From the IMG/VR virus record IMGVR_UViG_3300009376_001605: a stretch of DNA of 64,000 nucleotides; one strand, 5' to 3'. Source of the DNA: an uncultured virus (IMG/VR IMGVR_UViG_3300009376_001605). Taxonomy: Duplodnaviria; Heunggongvirae; Uroviricota; Caudoviricetes. The notes beneath the pieces are model-generated. The model was given only the letters and a program-made list of their open reading frames with translations. It searched no databases and was not told the DNA's origin. Position numbers and translations under genes: made by a program. Shown one piece after another: positions 1 to 9,700 of the stretch. How positions within the stretch are numbered: the stretch's first letter is position 1; every line of letters starts with the position of its first letter.

Positions 1-764
1 GACGAATTGGTAAACTCAATCTCAGCCTTCGGTAAGAATCTCACTTCATTCTCGTAATCCTCACGGGTAATTATGTCAGCCTGACTGTTATTAGCATAGT
101 CAAATAAGATTCTGCCCCTCGGATCAGTTGGAGTCGGCTTGTTTCGAGGAGGTAAGTATCGATAATTTTCTAGGTGCGATAAGTGCCTATCCTGGTGCAC
201 GCTTTCGGCGTCCCTAGAGATATCAGCAACGGGAAGGCTGCAATAGTCGTCAACGTTTTCTGCCGTTATTCGAAAAGTAACTTCATTCTGAGATATTTTA
301 AAATCCTGATCTTCTAAGAGCGGATCAATTGAAGAGATGGTGCTGAGCTCTTTAAAGTTATTGATTCCCGCATTGAGGATTAGCTTAGTCATGTCCCTAT
401 AGGCAGAACCCGTGATCGCGTTTTTCGAAGCAGAATTAAACTGGACGATCTTTCCATCTATCATGCTGATGGGTGCACCATCTGCTAAAGATGAGGAGAC
501 TCCTGCAACGATCTCTGCAACCACATTTCCGAACAGATTTGTCTCAAGGGTTATAATGTCTCCCGGAGAACTTGACGCTGCTTCTAGCTGAATGATCGCG
601 GATTGATCGATGGTTCCACTGACAGCATCTTTACCGTAGAAGATATCCCTATCAGAAAAGGTGGCAAACTCCACCTTAAACTCTCCACTAGCTAGCTGGC
701 GACGGCCTTCGGCCGTGATCACTGTGTCGACAAAACGCTGTTTACTGTTTAGAATACCTGACAT
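1..764 (-). CDS. Putative virion structural protein, runs off left edge (absent from ORF track)
   Basis: Manual translation from ATG at 764 is open to the edge: MSGILNSKQRFVDTVITAEGRRQLASGEFKVEFATFSD...; N-terminus resembles phage tail/collar fibre N-termini. Confidence 0.75.
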   Translation of the reverse strand, partial: MSGILNSKQRFVDTVITAEGRRQLASGEFKVEFATFSDRDIFYGKDAVSGTIDQSAIIQLEAASSSPGDIITLETNLFGNVVAEIVAGVSSSLADGAPISMIDGKIVQFNSASKNAITGSAYRDMTKLILNAGINNFKELSTISSIDPLLEDQDFKISQNEVTFRITAENVDDYCSLPVADISRDAESVHQDRHLSHLENYRYLPPRNKPTPTDPRGRILFDYANNSQADIITREDYENEVRFLPKAEIEFTNS

Positions 765-812
765 GTGTGTTTCATTAAAAAGAAAGACTGTTCTGGTGTT
801 AAATATGCAAGC

Positions 813-847
813 AAATAAAAAAGGGGCCCGCCGAAGCGGACCCCTTT
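813..847 (-). terminator. Rho-independent terminator
   Basis: Minus strand AAAGGGGTCCGC-TTCG-GCGGGCCCCTTT then TTTATTT: GC stem, cUUCGg loop, U tract, ~45 nt after the 893..3133 stop. Confidence 0.9.
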
Positions 848-892
848 CCCTGATCACAAAGATCAGTATGTCAACTACTCAACCCCTAGGGA

Positions 893-3133
893 TTAACCCT
901 GGGCTTTGGCAGAAACATCAACCTGGAACACGTCACCCACAACCGGAGCTGTGTACAACTTCACATCAAAGCCGACTTTAGAGCCGGAAGTGAATGTATA
1001 TTGTGCGATCGTGTAGTCGTTCGCTGCACCAGAGGCCAACAGTAGACCGTTCTGGTAGACACGAAGCGACTCCGGAAGAAGATTCGTTGAACCTTGACCC
1101 ATGAAGTTTGACCCAAGAACACGAAGGCTACCCGTCATAAGCGAGATACCAATATCCCCCGAGCCGCCGGTTGGAGTCGTATCAGCGAGTCCACTGCCGG
1201 CAGTCACTGTACCATATTGTTCCTTCGCGCTCGCTCCGGATGTCACCACAGCACTGTTGTGAATGTAGTTTGGAAGGATGACGGCCGCTGATCCCGAACT
1301 GACAAAGACACCGGCATTTTGGATGCCGAAGTTGGCGTGGAAGTTGTTTCCGCCGCTGTCAGCGTAAAACGCGGTGCCACCCCCGATTCGAATGTTGACC
1401 TGACCCGAAGCATGAGACGCATTAATAACGACAGCATTGCCATCTGCCTCTTGCCCCTCGATGTTAACCGAGGTAACTGCAGTAATATCAATGTCATCAC
1501 CTGCCGTAGCGCCGGAGGAGGTGATATTAATACCACCGCCCGTAGCGCTGATCGAGACCGCGTCTGCAGCATCCTCAGCTGCGCTAATGTTAACGGAGCT
1601 ATTCGCCACGATGTCCAAATCCTCACCCGCAGCTGCACCAGCAACTGTGAGATCCATACCACCAGCAGAGGTCGTGAGGCTAATAGCATCAGCACCTGTA
1701 CCAGCGGATGTAAGCAAGAGGCTTGCATCATTCGCACCTGTCACTGCGATCGTTAAGTCATCAGCATCACCTGCCGAAGCAAGAGTGATGGTTGAAGCCT
1801 GAACTGCGTCGAGTGCAAATCCACCTGCTGTAGCTGAAAGCGCAATGGCATCCGATGCAGTACCAGCAGTATTGGTCAAGGACCACTTCTCACTGCCAGC
1901 TACACTGTGAGGTGTAAACACCATCTCAACTGCACCGTTCTTACCAAGCTTTAGCGTCTGACCGTCGGCGAGCGACGGAGCAATGACCATTGAACCAGCA
2001 CTAACGTCAAGAGACATAGCGTCGGCACCAGTACCAGCGGATGAAAGCAAGACACTAGAATTGCCACCGCCCGTAGAGGCAATAGTTAAGTCCTTGGCAT
2101 CACTACCGCCAGTAGCGATCGAGAAGTTCATATCATCAGCACCGTCGATGGAGACTGTGCTAGTACCATCAATCGTGATCGCGCCGGACGCGTCCAGATC
2201 GAAAGCAGCAGAATCAACATCAATAGCAACGTCAGCTGCTTTACCGATATTAATGCCGGTTGCACCATCGATGTCGATAGTTGTAGCAGCGTCAATGTCG
2301 ATTGCACCTTGTCGACTGTCCATATCTATTGTGCCGGAATCGTTCTTGAGATTTAATCCCGTTGAACCTGACAATGTCAATGCACCGTTTGTTGTTACGT
2401 TAGACGCGCCGACACCATCAATTGAGAACGTGCTTGTGCCATCAATAGTGATCGCGCCGGTAGCATCAATATCAAGTGCTGCGGAGTTAAGATCAACCAG
2501 TTGACCCGTTCCATCAAGACTGAATGTTCCACCCAGTGACTTAAGCGTTAACGTACTGTCAGCAGCTTCACCGATAGTGATAGTACGCGTACCGTCAGTA
2601 CCAATGTTGATATTTTGGTCGACGTCGTCGGCACCAATGCTGATTGTACCAGCTGAAGAGTCGACTGTAACATTGCCAGATGCGTTTACATCGAACGTTG
2701 TTGAGGCAACGGCGACGCCTGCAGCTGATGTTACATCAACCTTGGAACCTGAAAGACGTAATCCGTCAGTTTGTGACCCGTAGATGAAGTTGGCAGTTGT
2801 GCCGGCACCGAACATAATCGAGCCAGAAACGCCCACAATATCTGTATTTGGGTTATACACCAAGCCCCCATCAGATGAAACACCTGAGCCGTCACTGTTA
2901 CCGAAAGCAATTTGATTTGCTGTGACACCGCCACCAGCGACGGAATCGACGTATGCCTTGGTTGCAGCTTCTAGGTTATCTGCAGGTGCTTGACCCAGAT
3001 AGACACGTGATGCTGACAGGACGAGTCCTGCACCGTTGTCAAAAATGATTCCGTTAGCAGCGCCGTTTGAACCTGTGAAGGCTGCAGCACCTTGGAAATT
3101 TAACTGGCGTCCAGTTAATTTTGTTGTAGCCAT
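893..3133 (-). CDS. Fibre-like virion protein with short beta-strand repeats
   Basis: 746 aa A/G/S/T/D-rich; repeats such as LDIDATGAITIDGTST / FDLDASGAITIDGTST; ATKAYVD fibre motif; AAGGAG RBS. Confidence 0.75.
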   Translation of the reverse strand: MATTKLTGRQLNFQGAAAFTGSNGAANGIIFDNGAGLVLSASRVYLGQAPADNLEAATKAYVDSVAGGGVTANQIAFGNSDGSGVSSDGGLVYNPNTDIVGVSGSIMFGAGTTANFIYGSQTDGLRLSGSKVDVTSAAGVAVASTTFDVNASGNVTVDSSAGTISIGADDVDQNINIGTDGTRTITIGEAADSTLTLKSLGGTFSLDGTGQLVDLNSAALDIDATGAITIDGTSTFSIDGVGASNVTTNGALTLSGSTGLNLKNDSGTIDMDSRQGAIDIDAATTIDIDGATGINIGKAADVAIDVDSAAFDLDASGAITIDGTSTVSIDGADDMNFSIATGGSDAKDLTIASTGGGNSSVLLSSAGTGADAMSLDVSAGSMVIAPSLADGQTLKLGKNGAVEMVFTPHSVAGSEKWSLTNTAGTASDAIALSATAGGFALDAVQASTITLASAGDADDLTIAVTGANDASLLLTSAGTGADAISLTTSAGGMDLTVAGAAAGEDLDIVANSSVNISAAEDAADAVSISATGGGINITSSGATAGDDIDITAVTSVNIEGQEADGNAVVINASHASGQVNIRIGGGTAFYADSGGNNFHANFGIQNAGVFVSSGSAAVILPNYIHNSAVVTSGASAKEQYGTVTAGSGLADTTPTGGSGDIGISLMTGSLRVLGSNFMGQGSTNLLPESLRVYQNGLLLASGAANDYTIAQYTFTSGSKVGFDVKLYTAPVVGDVFQVDVSAKAQG

Positions 3134-3282
3134 TATTTTTCTCCTTATTTAAATGGCTTGCCATCCTTTTTCTGACGCGACACGCAACGTGCGTGTGCAC
3201 CGGTACTTTGGAGGTCTACATTGGTATTAGGATGTCTTGGGAATGGAGTGAGGATCAGGATGTGATTTTTATATTTTTATAT

Positions 3283-3510
3283 TCATATCGATGATGCGAG
3301 CCTCTTGAGTGCCTTCAGCGACTCATGGAAGCTCCGCTCATCCGAGTTTAAATATGCGATCATCATCGATTTTGAGAGATTTTTTTCATCTTTAAAGATA
3401 AAAGTCACGATACCTCGATCGTTCTTTCGAAGGTCTGCCAGGACTAACCCTTTGCTCTTGCAGAAGGCAGCCAGGGCCAAATCAGTTGTCTCAAATATCT
3501 GTCCTGGCAA
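3283..3510 (-). CDS. Small DUF5659-like phage protein
   Basis: FETTDLALAAF...VTFIF pattern; 75 aa, TTG start. Confidence 0.55.
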   Translation of the reverse strand: MPGQIFETTDLALAAFCKSKGLVLADLRKNDRGIVTFIFKDEKNLSKSMMIAYLNSDERSFHESLKALKRLASSI

Positions 3511-3651
3511 AGCATGATCTCCGGTCTTTCGCGCTAACGGTAGTAACTATAGAGAAATATCAAAGATTTTATCTTTAGTGGGTATTAAAATGGGAGAATA
3601 AGCATCAGAAGCCCTGAGATTACCTATGTCATACGTTGCCGGATCTCTTGT

Positions 3652-6600
3652 TTAATTGCTTGGCCTGTAGATTGCTGTGATGACATCATCTGAAAAGGGT
3701 GCAAGCCCACTGTTAAAGTTTATCTCACTTCCAGTCAGGGTGTAGTCGTTAGATGAACCCGAAAGCTGGAGAAGCCCGTTTACAAATAGCATTAGATCTG
3801 TGTTATTGATAACAGCATTACCTAAAGCGAATGTCAGGTTTGATCCGTTCTTTGTCCCGGAAGGTTGTTCTCCGAAAACAATAGCCTGTTGCCATACAGC
3901 TTCTGTTGATGATTTAGCTACCAAGACGGAACCGCTAGAGGGGGCATTTGAGGCACTGATGTGTATTGTAGAAGAATTTGTTGCTAGCGTGCCTACACCC
4001 AAAGATGATGTGAGTGCTCCTTGGACGGTAACCCCTCCGGTAAAGACTGATCCTGTCAGAGTTGCGACTACTGAATCATCTACGTCGACTGTGTAGGTAC
4101 TTCCTGCTCCACCGTCTGTGGTTGATAAGCCTGTACCTGCAGTGAACACGCGTTCGCTGGTTAATGATCCTGTCGCTGAAAGCACGAGGTAAGTAGCCGA
4201 CGCGTCGCCGCCGGAGGTTGAATCAGAATTCAGCTGGGATAGAACAACATCGACAACATCGTAGGGGTTAAGAGAGAAGGCGAACGATATCGATCCGGAG
4301 GAGAACACCGTATAGTCAACCGCAGCGGAGTCAACTTGGGCGCTAGTTCCGGATAGAGTGAGCATTCCGTTAAGGTACACATCAATAAGGTCGGGATCAT
4401 AAACAACCTGAGAGAAGTTTGACTGGGGCGTTGAAAACGGGGAATCAGCTGGATGTGATGCAGTGACAATATACCTCTTCTTGTTTCGCCCTTGTATTAA
4501 AGAGAGGTCAGATGCAACTGTAAGACTATTCGACCCTGTGGTGAGCGTAATCCCGGTTCCCGCCTCAATTAGCTTGTAATTTGAAAGTGATCCAGTAGCT
4601 TCGGTAACTACGTAGTGTGCTGCAGAGTCCCCGGAACCTCCGCCTCCGGCGGTTGATGATATCGTAATCTGGCCGTTTGAGGCTGACAGAATTGTTATAT
4701 TTGAACCCGCTGCTAAGTAAGACGAGCCGTCAGCAAGGCGAGTTAATGAACCACTCAGGCCCATTAGGCCGTGCAGCGAACCTGATACTGCAATATCGCC
4801 TCCAAATACCGATGTACCCTTGGTGGATGTGGCTCGAGACCCCACTGCTCCCGAGACAAAGAATGCGATATCGGCTGCCTGTCTTGGTTGCATGGCTCCA
4901 GCATGCATGGTAGAACCTGAAAGAAAGATTACTTGTCTATTGCCTGCTGAATAGTGACCCCCTAGTCTCAGCATCTCCTCGACAGTAGAGCCATTAAAGA
5001 CGTTGAATATTAAGTCGTTAGTATTGGCACCCTTTACAATAGAAGCTCCGACGACTCCTGCAGCGCCTGCGAAGTCCAAAGTACTGTCTTCAGTTTGGGC
5101 CTCTCTTTGTATTCTGATTCCGGGGCTTGAATCCTTCACATGCAGAGTGGTTGCGGGCGCATTTAATCCGATACCCACACTATCAGAGCTACCTTGAACA
5201 AAAAGCGTGTTATCGTCATTACTCGTCTTGACTTGAAAATCAACATCTCCTCCGTCGCCGATAGTCACGATATCCTGCGTGTGCTCTCGAAGAGTTAATA
5301 ATGTTTCGGTGCCTGCAGCAAACGTTATCTGGTCTGCTTCAAGCCTCATGTAGGTATCGGTATCATTTCTATGATAAATGTACTCACCCACCTCCATATT
5401 TCCGCCCACGGAAAGCTTGTAAGCGGGAGTGCTGGTTCCAATACCAACTTTCCCTTCAGTTGTCACAAACACTTGACTTCCAGCAGCAGCACCCTGGTTT
5501 AATGCCAGAGCTCCAGAAACAGTAAGATCTCCGCCGAATACTGCACTTCCTGTTACAGCTGAGCCCCTAGAACCTATAGATCCGCTGACAAAGAAGAAGA
5601 CATCGTTTCCGATATCACTGGGTGCATCTGGTGCTGCAGGGGAGGATTGCCCACCCACAAAGGCTGTAGATCCTGTGGTAAAGATCGAACGGTTCGTGGT
5701 GCTAGAGAAGAATGTTGGCCCAGAATCTCCTCCACCTCCGCCGCCTGTTGAAGAAATAGTAATCTGGCCGTTTGAGGCTGACGTTATTGTGACGTTGGAG
5801 CCCGCAGCGAGATAAGACGTTCCTCCTGTTAGGCGTGTGAGTGATCCAGATAACCCAGAATTGAATTTAGTGGCTCCTGTGAATGTCGACCCGGATATCG
5901 TCGCGACAACGCTGTCGTGTACACTCAGGGTTACTGTGGATCCTGCGCCGGCGTCAGTGACATTGATGCCTGAGCCCGCTGTCAGCACTCTTTCTGAGCT
6001 TAGGGAGCCCGTTGCGGACATCACGACATAAGATGCTGCTCCGTCTCCTCCACCTCCTCCGCCCCCGATGGAAGCAGATAGATAATCACCAATATAAATG
6101 AATCCCTTGGCGAATGCTGGTATTTTCCCAGAATCATAGTCTTGCAAGAATAAGATTCCATTGTAGTAATCAAAGGTCCAGTCGACTTCATCAAGAAGAG
6201 GAATCTCATCTCCGATCTCGTTTGCATTTCCGGAGTCAGCTTCATAAATCTTAAGAATGTAAGGATTGGGAGATTCTTGCGAGAAGTTGGGAGGAATAAG
6301 CTGGAGCCTTCCGAGAGACTCGTGAACAAGGCTTCCGTCTGTGAAAGGAGATTTTCCCTTCTTGGGGTTACTTGACAGGGCTTCATAATTACCTGTAAGG
6401 AAAAGCTTGTAACCATGCGGACCTGCACTTTGACTTCCGTCGCCGCCGCCTCCTGTCGCAGAATCTGCATCGTACGTAGTCCCTGTAATAACAGCAACAG
6501 TGAAGACAACATACTCTGCAGTGCTTCCGTAGATCTGGTAATCTATTCTCGATCCAGAGGCTGGTACATCTTGCCCAAAGATAGTTTGCGTACCCACCTG

Positions 6601-6714
6601 GATATTTGATCCGATGACTTCTTGCGCATCAGACTTAATATTAGATGTATTCGCACGACCAGATAGCTTTTTAAAAGCGTATTGTACTCCGGTTCTGTCT
6701 GTCTTGCCTGCCAT
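3652..6714 (-). CDS. Tail/head fibre-like protein
   Basis: 1020 aa S/G/T-rich; GKVGIGTSTP and SVGIGLNAP fibre repeats; modules shared with 6723..13601. Confidence 0.8.
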   Translation of the reverse strand: MAGKTDRTGVQYAFKKLSGRANTSNIKSDAQEVIGSNIQVGTQTIFGQDVPASGSRIDYQIYGSTAEYVVFTVAVITGTTYDADSATGGGGDGSQSAGPHGYKLFLTGNYEALSSNPKKGKSPFTDGSLVHESLGRLQLIPPNFSQESPNPYILKIYEADSGNANEIGDEIPLLDEVDWTFDYYNGILFLQDYDSGKIPAFAKGFIYIGDYLSASIGGGGGGGDGAASYVVMSATGSLSSERVLTAGSGINVTDAGAGSTVTLSVHDSVVATISGSTFTGATKFNSGLSGSLTRLTGGTSYLAAGSNVTITSASNGQITISSTGGGGGGDSGPTFFSSTTNRSIFTTGSTAFVGGQSSPAAPDAPSDIGNDVFFFVSGSIGSRGSAVTGSAVFGGDLTVSGALALNQGAAAGSQVFVTTEGKVGIGTSTPAYKLSVGGNMEVGEYIYHRNDTDTYMRLEADQITFAAGTETLLTLREHTQDIVTIGDGGDVDFQVKTSNDDNTLFVQGSSDSVGIGLNAPATTLHVKDSSPGIRIQREAQTEDSTLDFAGAAGVVGASIVKGANTNDLIFNVFNGSTVEEMLRLGGHYSAGNRQVIFLSGSTMHAGAMQPRQAADIAFFVSGAVGSRATSTKGTSVFGGDIAVSGSLHGLMGLSGSLTRLADGSSYLAAGSNITILSASNGQITISSTAGGGGSGDSAAHYVVTEATGSLSNYKLIEAGTGITLTTGSNSLTVASDLSLIQGRNKKRYIVTASHPADSPFSTPQSNFSQVVYDPDLIDVYLNGMLTLSGTSAQVDSAAVDYTVFSSGSISFAFSLNPYDVVDVVLSQLNSDSTSGGDASATYLVLSATGSLTSERVFTAGTGLSTTDGGAGSTYTVDVDDSVVATLTGSVFTGGVTVQGALTSSLGVGTLATNSSTIHISASNAPSSGSVLVAKSSTEAVWQQAIVFGEQPSGTKNGSNLTFALGNAVINNTDLMLFVNGLLQLSGSSNDYTLTGSEINFNSGLAPFSDDVITAIYRPSN

Positions 6715-9700
6715 CTTATATCCTAGGTATACGCAACTTGAATTCGAGTCACAGTCCCTGTAAAGTCTTTATCTGAGACTACTCTTATTATAACATATTG
6801 TGGCGTTGACGCCGTCCCATCAAGGGTTTGCCCATTAAAGGTGCAAAGATTTGAAGCTCCTGACCCATCAACGGTAGCATCCAAGTCTCCACTAAGCCCG
6901 CCATCACCATCAGCTACAGGACCTGCACCTGGTGAGGGCTTTGCTAGATCTAAATAACCTGTCTTGCTCGGTATCTTGACATCACAATGAATGTTTTTAT
7001 TTGCACCTAAGCTTCCTGAGTTCGCCCCTGATCTTCCTACCAGAGTTGCATCTCCGTAAAGGGTTATAGTAATTTGGGGTGTATCAGAAGTAGTATTATT
7101 TTTAAAGTATCTCTCATATTCTCTGTGGCTTATTCCTAACGAGCTATAGTTTGGATTACCCTCTGGGGCCTGTAGAGATCCACCATCATCGGAAGATCTG
7201 TAGTCTCCTCCAAGAACCCCAGAAATCGGTGATATTATCTGATCGTTGTACACAAGCATTCCCGCGTAATGGCCTAGATCAGAACCGTTGTTCATTGAAG
7301 CAGAAGGTTGCCACTCAGCTGAATCTGCAATAACTGAATTTTGTGTGCTGTATGTGCCTGACTTGATCCTGTACTTCTCGCTGGTGAAATACTCGTTATT
7401 ATTTAAATCAGAAGTGTTGGAGCTTGTAAATACTAAGAAGACCCCCTTGGCTAGCCCAGAGCTAGTGATATCGCTCTTTAGCGGATGCTTGACTCTAACA
7501 GTTCCTGTGACAGAGTACGCGGTTGATCCATACGGTCCCGGGAGAGATTCACTTCGGCTGAATGATATCGAGTGCGTGACAAAAATTGGCAAGGTTTCAG
7601 AGTTTGAAACGCCTGTTTCAAGGGATGCAAGAGTAGAATTGTCCCCAGAGTCGATCTGGTTGGTGACGCCCGAACCTGTTATCATAATGCTGTTGATAGT
7701 GAGATTAGTTTCAGTCGGTGTTGTTACAGCTGTTGACAAAGCCGAGTACACGTTCTTGTATCCGTTATCAGACTGATATCTTATTGAAGAAGTGCAATTG
7801 ACAAAGTATGCGATGCCACTTTGATAATACGGACTAGTTCCTCCAAAATTACCCATTGAAGCACTGCTTATACTAAGGGCATTGCTATCATTGTCGTTAA
7901 CCCACTCAACATAAGTTGTTTCTCTATCTGACCCAGTTACTGTGTGGACGACTCTGGCGTAGTTCCATCCATTTCTCTGGTCGCTTGTTCCAACACGATA
8001 TTTTGCAGTTCTGTAAAGTTTAGTGTAATCTTTGACACCGTTGCTAAATTCTGCAGGTGAGAAAGTGCTTACGTTGATAAATCCAGATCCATTACTTCCG
8101 GTTAGAACGGCGGTTCCAGATCCGGGGCTTCCGGTTCCTGTCGATCCTGTAAGGTAAAGTGTGTGGACTGTGCTCCCATTAACTTCAAGCCTAAGGGATC
8201 CTGTCCCTGCCTGATCAAAAGAATTTGCAACATAATTGGGACTATCTGCTGCGACTTGCGGATTGAGATCTCCTTCAAAGATGTTAGTTCCGTCAAAAGT
8301 ACCTAGCCGGAAATTATTACTGCTGGTCGCGACCTGGTAAGTTCCATTAACATCAACAGCAGATGCAAGTCCTGCCGAAGCTGCAACACTGGTATACCCC
8401 GATATTGCCTTTGATGATCCAAATGAAAGCTTGGATGTTACGCCCACTTCCTCTGAGTCGAGCCTTGAAAGCGTGGGTGCTGACTCTGTTGTACCTGTCC
8501 CAGCACCGAATGTTACTTCGATCTCACTTATATTCCCGGTCCAGGCTTCATCAGCCTCCACCCTCATTAGCAAATATTCGTTATTTGCAATTCCCTGTAT
8601 TCCAAAGTTAGCGTTATTGTTAGCATTTAAAGAGCTGTCAAATGATCCATCAAGGCATCCATCATTATCTTCATAGCTCCCAAAACTAAAGGCAGAAGAA
8701 AGATCCATCCACCCTGTAGAGCCAATTGACCCTGACGCCATTTTTAAGAATATTCTCAACCTTGAAGAATTTAGAGATGTTGAAGGGCCTACTATAGTTC
8801 CGCTGCCGCTGACTGCTATCTTTGCGGTATACTGTGTTGATCCAGTCTCATTCTTGAAATGACGATAGAAAGTGCGCTGACCTGAGACACCTGAATAGTT
8901 TGGGTTTCCTGCAGGAGCATACTGGATGCTTCCACCGTCCGCAGTATTTCGGAAATCTCCGCTTAAAAGCGTATTCGTAGGAGAAAGAAGTGACGAAGAA
9001 AAGAATTGCAGACCATCGGTGTGTCCACCGTTACTAGCAGTCATAAATACTTCAGAGTCCCACACATTAGAAGCATTAGTTACAGCTGCCTGATTAGCGT
9101 ATGTACCTGATATTACGCGGTAAGTCTCTTCTTGGAACTTCTCTCTCTGTGAGGTAGAGCTTCCTGAAAGACTGAAGAGCAAGATTCCATCAGTTACTGT
9201 ATTCCCGGCATCTGATAAGTTCGCCTTAAAGGGATGAGTAACATTAACACCCGCTGTTACTGAGCTTGTAAGCATCGTCGTTGATGTGATGCTACCTGCC
9301 CCTGTCAGGTGGAGAACTTTTGTGTGATCTTCGCCGGCGCCAATAGTGGGCTTCGCTTGTGAGGCAATCGAGCAGTTGTGCGTCTCAAAAGAGATTGCTG
9401 TATTATCATAGACGTTTCTGTACGCATTTGAAACCGCGACTTTGTAGCTGACGTTTCCAGAGATGTAGTATTCTACTCCTGAGAGATGGCGGCTCCCCGA
9501 AAGCTGCGGCGTGAGAGAATTGGAAGAAGCAGCTAATGCGTCGGAATTAGAATCATTTACCCACTCAATATAGTTGGTTGTAGACGTGGCCCCATCAGCA
9601 TAATGAATGACCCGTGCATAGTTCCAGCCATTTCGCTGACTATCTGCTGCTATCAAGAATCTTCCGGTTCGGTGCTGGAAGAACGTAAAGTCTGTTCCGT

